Below, piece by piece: positions 39,196 to 48,432 of a stretch of DNA of 64,000 nt (position 1 is the first letter of the stretch; every line of letters begins with the position of its first letter). Source of the DNA: Carcharhinus longimanus (lineage: Eukaryota). The position numbers and the translations under genes were made by a program. The DNA is taken from positions 41,869,178-41,933,177 of the forward strand of contig JASCQW010000098.1 of assembly GCA_030264375.1 (NCBI GenBank), written 5' to 3'. Under the pieces are notes generated by a model. That model was not told the origin of the DNA, did no database searches, and was given only the letters and a program-made list of their open reading frames with translations.

Positions 39196-41592
39196 TGTTG
39201 TAATGCATAGATCAGTTTTTTGATCAGTTCTATTTTAATTCTGGTTATAACCCGTTGTTGGTATTAAAATAACACCAAACTAAAAAATATGCTAAATAGT
39301 GCACATTGATTTCATTTTAGCAAAAACAGCCCCGAGTACACTGTTAACTATTATCATATACTTTCATTTTATTATATAGTTATTACCATAGTTTTATTAA
39401 TCTTTCATATACTTCACAACACAGATCCTAATGTTTTTTGAAGAATGTATAAATTATGTGGCATAAAGGCTAACAAACCTTAGTAGTGTGTTGTAGATAG
39501 TAATTTAATCACAAGGATTGGCTGACATTCATAAACTATCAACATTTTTCTTTTGTTTGTGGTGTCATCAGAACAGTGTGATTAAATTACTACCTTTACC
39601 TCACTGCTAGCCATCTGGTAACATACATGTAGTATTCCAATATTTAGAAGAGTCTTTCTACCTTCACTTAAACTAATTTATTTACTTTTTAAAAGTTACA
39701 CTGAGCTGCCTCTTTCAAAACTTAATTCTAAAGCAACAGATAAAATACTTTTAACTTAAAATATTCTGATGGACTGATTTTATTTGTGACAACAAAAGTC
39801 ATGTATCTAGTTTGCATTAGTATGTTGTTTACAAGCATCCAGTGCATTTCAATACCTTACACTTGCAGACTGCTCATCATAATAAAAATTCTGTTTGGCA
39901 GAAATGCTACCAATTAACTTGTAGTAATCTTACAAAAGAAACCTACATCAGCAACCAAAAAGTCACTTAAGACTTTAGTAAAGGGCTTTTCACCAACACC
40001 TTGCTCTTTTGGTAACCCAAGGGATATAATGCTAAAAGTATCATTTCTAGTGTAATGCATACAAGTTGAAATGAATAACAACAAAACAACAGCAATTATA
40101 CAACAGCTTTCAACCTTATAATGATGTTCCAAAGAGATTCACAGCCAATTAAATACTTTGGAAGCTAAATCGCTGTTGCAATGTAGGAAACAATTTCCAT
40201 ACAGCATCCCCACAGACAACAGTGAGATAGTGACCAGACAGCCAACATCACTAAAATAAGTCTAGTTCAATATAGATAGTTGTTCGGGAGTACACAACTT
40301 GAGTTTCGCTAAAAAATAAATTTTGTTCAAGCTTTTTGTCTTGCACTCAGTTTGGCTCAGTATTCTGAACAGCTGGTTAGTGATGCAGAGCAATGCCAAC
40401 AGCAAAGGGGGGTTCAGTCTACGATCACCTGGGGCTATGGCAACTTTTATGTTCAATGTGCAATCTGAAAATATAATGTCCTCAATTTTTTATCATTCAA
40501 CATTTATTGAAATAAATTGCATAAAAGCCCTCAGGCAGATTTAAATTGTGTAATTATATTGCGTAACTAACATCTCACTGCCAAAACACACCGGAAATTA
40601 TGTACCTTCCTCAAGTTTAAAGGGTGGGAAAAGGTACAAGGCTTAATTCCTATGCCTGAATTATAAGGCAGCAAATCTATGAAACACACATGCTACTTAT
40701 ATCACATCATTCCATTTCTGTATTACAGCAATAACTTCTGAATATGAGCAGCTATTAGCATCTGCACTCATTTGCAAATATCACTATAAAAGGCTAACAT
40801 TTCTGAATGCTGCACAACTGGTTTTTGAATTTCTTCATTAACCCATTCAACAAGTAATATTTCTCTAAAAGCTTCAACTGAAAGGAGGTTTGGTGTCTGA
40901 TAAAAATCAATGGAGTATATATACTTTGACTTGGCAGGACTTTGTCAATCAACTGATAATAATTTGGCAGCATGTTTTACATCTCTCCCCTTTTTCTTTC
41001 CACTGAAACCTATTAAAATTAGGAAAGATATAATACAGGCCACAGACTTGCTGCTAAGCTCTTCACACTATCGCACCAAACCAAGAACTACCCCAGCACT
41101 TCCAAACTCACTTAAATTGCATTTACTCCTAATTTTTGTAATAGCTCCATATATATATTTACCCCCAACAAAACTAAATTTCTTTTAGGCAAAAATATAT
41201 TTTACATTTAACAACAAAAAAGCCATATGAATTACATATTTCTCTAAATTTTGTAATGTTGAAGAACATATTTTCTCTCCTCTTCAGCTTACTCTTAACT
41301 CGTGTCAACCATTAAAAGGCAAATTGGATTTTTAGAAGTTCTCTCAACCTCCCCATTTGCACTCTTGTTGAGATCTCTTCAGTCAGCTAGCTGGTTTCTG
41401 TCTGTACTTATCAATCTCAAAGAGAATCAGCAAAATCTATGCAACCTCCATTATCTTCAAATTTTTTGATACAATAACCTACTTCCAGGCTTTCATGGTA
41501 TTCTGTGTGTCACATGGGTGATGCTTTTATTAAGGCTATCTCTCCTGCTTGTAGATTAATCATAGAATTGAACACCACAGGAGGAGGCCAGA

Positions 41593-41880
41593 GACCTGGG
41601 TTCAATTCCGGCCTAGGGTCACTTATGTGGAATTTCCACGTTCTCCCCGTCTCTGCATAGGTTTCCTCCAGTGCTCTGGTTTCTTCCTACAGTCCAAAGC
41701 TGGATGAGTTAGATTGATTGGCCGTGCTAAATTCCCTCTTTAGTGTCCCAAGATTTGTAGGTTAGGGGGAATTAGCAGAGTAAATATGTGGGGTTATAAG
41801 GATAGGGGCTGTGTGGGATTGTTGTTGATGTACATTTGATGGGCTGAATGGCCTTATTCTGCCCTGTAGGTATTCTGTGA
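41593..41880 (+). mobile_element. HE1/V-SINE-like SINE (from the B box onward)
   Basis: gacctgggttcaattccggcc B box, V-domain core and CR1-like tail. Confidence 0.8.
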
Positions 41881-42271
41881 TAAGTAGGATTAAAATCTGA
41901 TTACAGCTTTCTATCAGTGTGAAAGTATAAGCAGCTTCATTGTCAAAGTCCTGAGGGATAGGAAGTTTACTCATGTGAGTTACTACTTATTCAAATCATG
42001 GTCAAACTATTTTGATTAAAGCCATCACTAAAGTTTACATTGGAAATAAGGGACTGTTCAATGAATATACAGCTCAGCACAGATGAGAAGTAATTAATAC
42101 TAAATACTGACAATCATTTCACATAATAGTTTAGCTCTCCATCAGTTGCTTCCAGCTATTTATCAACTTTTAAAATACTAAACATATTTAGGTACTAAAC
42201 AGAAACACTGCTGAAAGATTACTGGATTGCTAACTGTAAAATAAATTTTATACAAACTTTTTAAACAGGGT

Positions 42272-42479
42272 TTTATTTATCAAATGTTTATTTTTATCAT
42301 TTCAAAAATAAATAGTCATTTAAAGAGTATTTTCCTTTAGTTGTAGAATGTATACAAAATGCTCAGAAATTAATTTACACACATATTGTTCATCATAATT
42401 TTGTCAAACAATTCCATGCTGTTTAAATGGTATTCCCATATTCCAGCTGGATAAAATGAAATGAGATCAATCATTTATT
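42272..42479 (-). terminator. Candidate polyadenylation signals for PCDH20 (AATAAA at 42474-42479, 42287-42292, 42272-42277)
   Basis: Cluster of minus-strand AATAAA hexamers ~0.9-1.1 kb downstream of the stop, in AT-rich non-repeat sequence. Confidence 0.4.
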
Positions 42480-43358
42480 TCAAGTCGCTTGAGTTTTTTT
42501 TGTCCATTAAGAATCTCACACAGTTCAGTAAAGCTCATTTAGTGTCAGAAAGGACTTCACCCGATGTTGTGTTTGCTGTTGCTGCGTTGTCCGATCTGGT
42601 AGCTTCACTCAACTTCTGAATTGAAGGCAGCCTGAAATGACAGACAGCAATTTTATATATTCTTAGAAAGTAAAGCACTGAATTAACACTTCTTTAAAAA
42701 AAAATACAACAATCATGAGGAATGAAAGATCTTTTTTGAGAAGTGTGTTCGTTGTGGCTCCCACTATCATTTACAGGGTGATACAAGATATTGTCAGGTG
42801 CTGAAATTAAACATAGCAGAACACATTCACAGAATAGAAGAGCTAATTATTATTTCTTGTAGGTTTGTATCCAAACTTGTGACCCAGATCGATTTACCCA
42901 AGATAACTGTAATAATGTACTTTTACAAAAGTAGTAATTTGTGAGTTATTGCGCTCTGAAAATCTACGAATGCAACTCTCAACATAGATGGTGCAGTTTG
43001 TACCTTTTTTTCTGGTTCCTTAGTCAGCCAAAGGAGGAAGCGGTGATTGTTTCAGATCTTCTGTTTTTGATCCCTGAAGTTCAAGGTCCAGCAATTAATC
43101 AAAATGAAGCACTGAGATTAATCATAGAGTCAGCTGTGCAAGTTTATGCTTTTTAAACAAAATGTTCAGTTTTGTAAAGAAAACACTATACTTATACAAT
43201 ATATTAGTTCAATCTTAATCAGATTTGAACTATGTAGCTTATAAATTCTTCATGTCAAACATAGTTGAAATGCAAATGTTGATAACTTCAAAGTACTGTC
43301 CAGGTATTAATTGTAAACAATGGATTGATCATATAATTAATCAGTTGTATCATACCAC

Positions 43359-45071
43359 TTATAGATCAAAATCATCCATTGATTTCTTCTCTAATGAATA
43401 CGAAGCTATTGGTTTCTTTAATGGGATCTCAACCTCTGAAACACTGTATTCTTTTCTTCGGTGCCTCTTTTTTCTAACTGAAATGTAGCACACCAAAGCA
43501 AAAACCAAAGTAAAGAGCCCAAAACATAAAGCTGATAGGGCTATCAACACAGTCTCACAGGGGAATACATCCAGTTCTGTTTGAAAAGGATCAACTCTCG
43601 TCTCTGGTGTGCTTTCCTCTATCCTGATGCCAGGATCTTTCCTCAGCAAGTTTTCTATGTAACTTTCATTGCTTAATGTTTCATTGACAAAAAGGTTGAC
43701 TATAACTGTGCTGTGAAGTGGTTCTGGATATCCGTGATCGCTGACTTTGACCAGTAGTCTGTACAGTCCATGATCATTCTTCAACAAAGTTTCATGCAAT
43801 GTGATGTTGCCTGTGCCTGCGTTAATGATAAAAGTTTCTGGACGGGGTCCTCTGTGGCCAATGATGCTGTAAGCAATGACAGCATTCATTCCTGTGTCTT
43901 TATCAACAGCGTATACTTCGGTAATAGAAGAGCCAGGTACTGTGGACGGCAGTACCAGGAGAAAAGAAAGGTTAGACTGAGGGAACAAGACCAAAGGTGG
44001 GTTATCATTGACATCTATCAGAAGTACTGTCACTTTTGCTACAGTAGACAGAGCAGGCTCTCCTCCATCCATAGCTTGAACCCAGAGAACATACGAGCTC
44101 TGCTGTTCCCTGTCCAAGGGAGCATTCGCCATGAGGTTTCCCTTGCCTGTGTCGATGACAAAGTGTCCACTTCCATTGAGTATGGAGAGGGCCACCCAGC
44201 CATTTTTTCCAGCATCAGGATCAATAGCCCCGATCACACCAATCTCGCTAAAACTTGGATAGTCTTCAGGGACGAAGAAACTGAAGTCTTTGTTGATGAA
44301 CCTTGGGCTGTTGTCATTGGCATCGAGGACAGTGAGAAGGACAGTGGCAGTGGATTCTCGGGCTGGATACCCACCATCTACTGCTCTGATGATGAGCCTG
44401 TAGGTTTCCTGTTCTTCTCTATCTAAGGATGTTGACACAGTCAAGCTCCCAGTGAACTTGTCTAAGATGAAGGTGGGAGGCACCTGGGAACCCAGGAGGT
44501 AAGTGACTGTCCCCATCTCTCCACTGTCAGCATCGGTGGCCTTCATTTTGATGAGGAAGGTGTTTGGAGGGTTGTTCTCTTCAATGGTGACATTGAGCAA
44601 GGGATTGGTGAAGAGGGGGGCATTGTCATTGACATCCAGGAGTTGTATTTTGATGTGGGTTCTGGTCGCCAGCCTCTTGGCATTCTCTGCCACCACAGTC
44701 ACTTCATAGAGCGGCTGGAGCTCATAGTCCAGAGGCTGGGCGGTCTCCAGCAGGTACTCATCCTGCAGGGCCGGGTAAGGGGCCAGGCGGAAAGCGGCGG
44801 CCGCCTCCTCCAGGTAGCAGCGGAGCGGCCGGAGCTGGGCTTCGGGCTGACTGACGGTGAAGAAGGCGATGGGGGTGCGGGCCGGCTCGCTCTCCCGCAG
44901 GTAGACCACCCCCTCGGCCTGCAGGGCGATGTAGCGGGGGCTGAGGGCGGGCGGGCCGGCCAGGGCGGGCACGATGCGGAGGCGCAGGGTGGCGGTGTGC
45001 AGACGGCGATCCGCCAAAATTAGATCTGATCCTATTTTTGCTGGACGCCGGAGCTGATCTACAAAGATCAC
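43359..45071 (-). CDS. PCDH20: Protocadherin-20, 3' part of the large exon: distal cadherin repeats, transmembrane helix and short cytoplasmic tail (clear homology up to ~45000)
   Basis: 570-aa ORF with cadherin motifs (LDYE, DVNDNAP, DADSG, LDREE, DGG, DANDNSP). Segments NDNSPRFINKDFSFFVPE, YAVDKDTGMNAVIAYSIIG and LLVKVSDHGYPEPLHSTV match vertebrate PCDH20 as I recall it. A hydrophobic TM (VLIALSALCFGLFTLVFALVCYI) is followed by a short tail containing VEIPLK and lacking CM1-3 motifs. Confidence 0.95.
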   Translation of the reverse strand: MIFVDQLRRPAKIGSDLILADRRLHTATLRLRIVPALAGPPALSPRYIALQAEGVVYLRESEPARTPIAFFTVSQPEAQLRPLRCYLEEAAAAFRLAPYPALQDEYLLETAQPLDYELQPLYEVTVVAENAKRLATRTHIKIQLLDVNDNAPLFTNPLLNVTIEENNPPNTFLIKMKATDADSGEMGTVTYLLGSQVPPTFILDKFTGSLTVSTSLDREEQETYRLIIRAVDGGYPARESTATVLLTVLDANDNSPRFINKDFSFFVPEDYPSFSEIGVIGAIDPDAGKNGWVALSILNGSGHFVIDTGKGNLMANAPLDREQQSSYVLWVQAMDGGEPALSTVAKVTVLLIDVNDNPPLVLFPQSNLSFLLVLPSTVPGSSITEVYAVDKDTGMNAVIAYSIIGHRGPRPETFIINAGTGNITLHETLLKNDHGLYRLLVKVSDHGYPEPLHSTVIVNLFVNETLSNESYIENLLRKDPGIRIEESTPETRVDPFQTELDVFPCETVLIALSALCFGLFTLVFALVCYISVRKKRHRRKEYSVSEVEIPLKKPIASYSLEKKSMDDFDL

Positions 45072-45754
45072 ATCGCACCAACAGGAAGAGGAATGAGCAC
45101 AACATCCTCATTTACAAAATAAAACACCATCATTTTGTCAAAATTGCAGCTTTATTAATAAATATAATAAATATATAGATATTTTTCCACACAAATGCTG
45201 TCAGAATGTATCGTTCTGNNNNNNNNNNNNNNNNNNNNNNNNNNNNNNNNNNNNNNNNNNNNNNNNNNNNNNNNNNNNNNNNNNNNNNNNNNNNNNNNNN
45301 NNNNNNNNNNNNNNNNNNNNNNNNNNNNNNNNNNNNNNNNNNNNNNNNNNNNNNNNNNNNNNNNNNNNNNNNNNNNNNNNNNNNNNNNNNNNNNNNNNNN
45401 NNNNNNNNNNNNNNNNNNNNNNNNNNNNNNNNNNNNNNNNNNNNNNNNNNNNNNNNNNNNNNNNNNNNNNNNNNNNNNNNNNNNNNNNNNNNNNNNNNNN
45501 NNNNNNNNNNNNNNNNNNNNNNNNNNNNNNNNNNNNNNNNNNNNNNNNNNNNNNNNNNNNNNNNNNNNNNNNNNNNNNNNNNNNNNNNNNNNNNNNNNNN
45601 NNNNNNNNNNNNNNNNNNNNNNNNNNNNNNNNNNNNNNNNNNNNNNNNNNNNNNNNNNNNNNNNNNNNNNNNNNNNNNNNNNNNNNNNNNNNNNNNNNNN
45701 NNNNNNNNNNNNNNNNNNNNNNNNNNNNNNNNNNNNNNNNNNNNNNNNNNNNNN

Positions 45755-45995
45755 GGTCCAGCACCACCGCCGAGCTCCGCAGCTCCCCCGTCTCCCGGTC
45801 CAGCTCCACGAAGCGGCCCGGGCCGCTCTCCGACGCCAGGTTGTAGGTGACTCCCGCCGTCGCCAGCTGCAGGTCGGCGGCCAGGTTCCCGATCAAGGTG
45901 CCCCTCGGAGACTCTTCCTTCAGCCGGTAAACCAGCTCGGCTGCCAGGCTACGGCTGGCCAGGGACAGGGCGGCCAGCAGGAGGAACATGCCCCG
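45755..45995 (-). CDS. PCDH20: Protocadherin-20, 5' part of exon 2: signal peptide and start of EC1; truncated by the N gap at 45219-45754
   Basis: Translates RGMFLLLAALSLASRSLAAELVYRLKEESPRGTLIGNLAADL...VELDRETGELRSSAVVLD, i.e. a signal peptide plus cadherin EC1. It is preceded on the minus strand by the acceptor tgtctgtctcattcctttgcag, ending at 45996. Confidence 0.9.
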
Positions 45996-46104
45996 CTGCA
46001 AAGGAATGAGACAGACATTAGTCCAAAAGTGAGTTAGGCTGGCAGCAGGAATGATTGCCATTGAGTCTGACACTAATCCCCGCTTCAGTTAGAGTACAGA
46101 CAAC

Positions 46105-46710
46105 TTTCTGAATCCCTCAGAAAATTCATCCAACCCCTCAGAAAACTCTCTGAACCATCACCCAGTCCCCCCGAAGACTCACCCAGTCCCCCCGAAGACT
46201 CCGAATTGCCACCCGGTCCCTCAGAAAACTCTCTGAACTGTCACCCAGTCCTTCAGAAAACTCACCCAGTCCTTCAGAAAACTCCGAATTGCCACCCGGT
46301 CCCTCAGAAAACTCTCTGAACAGTCACCCAGTCCTTCAGAAAACTCACCCAGTCCTTCAGAAAACTCCGAATTGCCACCCGGTCCCTCAGAAAACTCTTT
46401 GAACTGTCACCCAGTCCCCCAGAAAACTCCGAATTGTCACCAAGTCCCTCAGAAAACTCACCCAATCCCTCAGAAAACTCACCCAATCCCTCAGAAAACT
46501 CTCTCGACTGTTACCCAGTCCCTCAGAAAACTCTCTCGACTGTCACCCACTCCCCCAGTCCTTCAGAAAACTCCGAATTGTCACCCAGTCCCCCAGAAAA
46601 TTCACCCAATCCCTCAGAAAATTCTCTGAGCTGTAACGCAATCCCTCAGAACAACTCACCCAGTCCCCCCTGAAAATTCTCTGAGCTGTCAATCCCTCAG
46701 AAAACCCCCT
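46105..46710. repeat. Minisatellite in PCDH20 intron 1 (21/30/32-bp units around the core cccagtccctcagaaaact, with an 83-bp higher-order unit)
   Basis: Directly visible tandem units; ctccgaattgccacccggtcc starts at 46199, 46282 and 46365 (83-bp spacing). Confidence 0.92.
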
Positions 46711-46739
46711 GTGCTTCAGGGTGGACACTACATTCCTAC

Positions 46740-46781
46740 CTGGATGTCTGGCTGCTGGATTGGACTCCGGCTCTGCTTCAT
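46740..46781 (-). CDS. PCDH20: Predicted PCDH20 coding exon 1 (MKQSRSPIQQPDIQ)
   Basis: ATG at 46781, 14 codons, then donor CAG|gtagga at 46739. The phase-0 join is in frame with the exon-2 acceptor at 45996 (744-bp intron). This fits the short-exon-1 plus large-exon-2 structure known for PCDH20. Confidence 0.7.
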
Positions 46782-46919
46782 GCTGCCTGAGTTCTCCAGG
46801 GGTTGCGAGCCCCAGCGTTTGCCTATATTTGTGGCTGAGTTTGTGTGCACTCTGCTCTCCTCCTAGGTTTCTCATCCTCACTCCAGCTTTAGTCAATGGG
46901 AAACTTGATGCAGCTCGTC

Positions 46920-46960
46920 ACTTGCCGCCACGCCCACTTTTGTATGCAAACCTTTTCCAC
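46920..46960. promoter_or_regulatory. Possible PCDH20 proximal promoter motifs (Sp/KLF GC box CCACGCCC; octamer-like ATGCAAAC)
   Basis: Adjacent motifs ~150 bp upstream of the predicted exon-1 ATG; motif match only. Confidence 0.3.
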
Positions 46961-47181
46961 TTCTAATCATCAAAGCCATCTCTGCGATGCTCAAAAGTCC
47001 ATATGACAATCTAACTGTATAGGAGGCAATTAGAAACAGAGGAACTGCCCAACTATGTTAGGACAGTTACACTAAATAGGAATTGTTCAACTATATGGGT
47101 TCATATAAAGTACATAGGAACAGTCCAACGATACTTATATAGTTCTTTGTATTTATATAGAGCTTTTAACATATCTTACAT

Positions 47182-47266
47182 AACTTACCTGGCTGGGAGA
47201 GTTAATGATCAGTCAAGAGGACGAGAGTGGCTTGCACTTGGGATATGCTGAGGTCTGCAATCGTGG
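47182..47266 (+). pseudogene. Degenerate U1 snRNA-derived sequence (pseudogene or fragment)
   Basis: ACTTACCTGGC (exact U1 5' end), then GGGAGA...ATGATCA and TTGCACTTGGGATATGCTGA..CTGC, which follow U1 stem-loop I and II sequence (ATGATCACGAAG; TTGCACTCCGGATGTGCTGACCCCTGC) in the right order, with internal deletions. Confidence 0.65.
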
Positions 47267-47865
47267 TTTNNNNNNNGTACGGTAAAGAATCAGGGTAGCC
47301 AAAAAGGTTAAACCAAGGCTTTACCTGATGCAATTTTTCAAAGCTTTCTTCATCTTTTGGCTGAAACTTAGATCAAGCCCCGGAGGGGGTGTAATGCCTC
47401 ATCCTGTCAGCTTGGATCTTGTTTGACTTTGCATTTCATCGTGGGTTGACATATATTTTCTTGTTTGTCCCTCATGTGGGGATCATGATTGGACTTGAAT
47501 TGACTTTTTCGATTAGAAATAAAGTACCAAAAGATAACAAAAAATCTTTTAACATACCAAAACATGCTGTAGCCAGCTAGTACAGAACTTGAATGTTATT
47601 GAAAAGAGACATGTTGCTGAAGCTTTTGTTCTTGCACTCATCAAGACAAATACTAGAATGCCAAATTTCAAATATTCACAGCAATTTATGTGACGAGAGA
47701 AGAGGGTGCTGATTGGTTGGCAAGTTGATTTAGTCGCGGCATTACCATGGAGAAAGCAATGGGGAACTCCAAACTCCCTGGTAATTCCAAAATAGGTGCA
47801 AGGTTTGAAGGTATTCCTTTTGTCTACAGAGAACGGATCTCGCACATAAATGCATGTTGACCTTG

Positions 47866-48432
47866 TCGGCAAATCTCAAGTTGCTGCTCCCTAATTGTCC
47901 TTGAATTTAATGGGTTTGCTAGGCCATTTCAGAGGGCAGGTAAGAGTCAGCCACATTGTTGTAATCTGGAGCCACATGTAGACCAGACCAAGAAAGGATG
48001 GCAGATTTCATTCCCTAAAGGACATTAGTGTCTGAAGACTATCCAAGTTTTAGCGAGATTGGTGTGATCGGGGCTATTGATCCTGATGCTGGAAAAAATG
48101 GCTGGGTGNNNNNNNNNNNNNNNNNNNNNNNNNNNNNNNNNNNNNNNNNNNNNNNNNNNNNNNNNNNNNNNNNNNNNNNNNNNNNNNNNNNNNNNNNNNN
48201 NNNNNNNNTGGCGAATGCTCCCTTGGACAGGGAACAGCAGAGCTCGTATGTTCTCTGGGTTCAAGCTATGGATGGAGGAGAGCCTAATCAGCACCATTAC
48301 TGAGACCAGCTTTATAATTCCAGATTTATTCAATGATTTTAAATTCTGCCAGCTGCTTGATGGGATTTAAGCCCACATCCCCTTTAGCATGGGCCTCTGA
48401 TTACTAGATGAGTGACGTTACCACTACACTAC
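47866..48432 (-). mobile_element. tRNA-derived SINE (reverse orientation) hosting the PCDH20 fragment
   Basis: ggccatttcagagggcagg...gatggcagatttcattccctaaaggacattagtg, then ...gggatttaagccc...accactacactacc (reverse A/B boxes). Confidence 0.6.
48032..48285 (+). other. Inverted identical copy of PCDH20 exon-2 sequence (44055-44269) with an internal 100-N gap; probable assembly artefact
   Basis: Both sequenced halves are exact reverse complements of the gene (EDYPSFSEIGVIGAIDPDAGKNGWV; ANAPLDREQQSSYVLWVQAMDGGEP). Confidence 0.85.

Noticed and set aside
43770-45023. Plus-strand ORFs of 218, 68 and 126 aa overlapping PCDH20
   Set aside because: Antisense shadows of the cadherin coding sequence with no recognisable domain.
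45002-45180. Plus-strand peptide LILFLLDAGADL resembling an ankyrin repeat
   Set aside because: Only ~12 residues, with no TPLH motif or second repeat; insufficient evidence.
45996-46073. N-terminal extension MSDSMAIIPAAS... of the 45201-46073 ORF
   Set aside because: Starts at a non-ATG codon and runs through the polypyrimidine tract and acceptor; better explained as intron.
46105-46710. CRISPR-like array, or Pro/Ser-rich ORFs (PSENSPN repeats)
   Set aside because: Eukaryotic intronic minisatellite with no unique spacers and no cas genes; the ORFs are by-products of the repeat.
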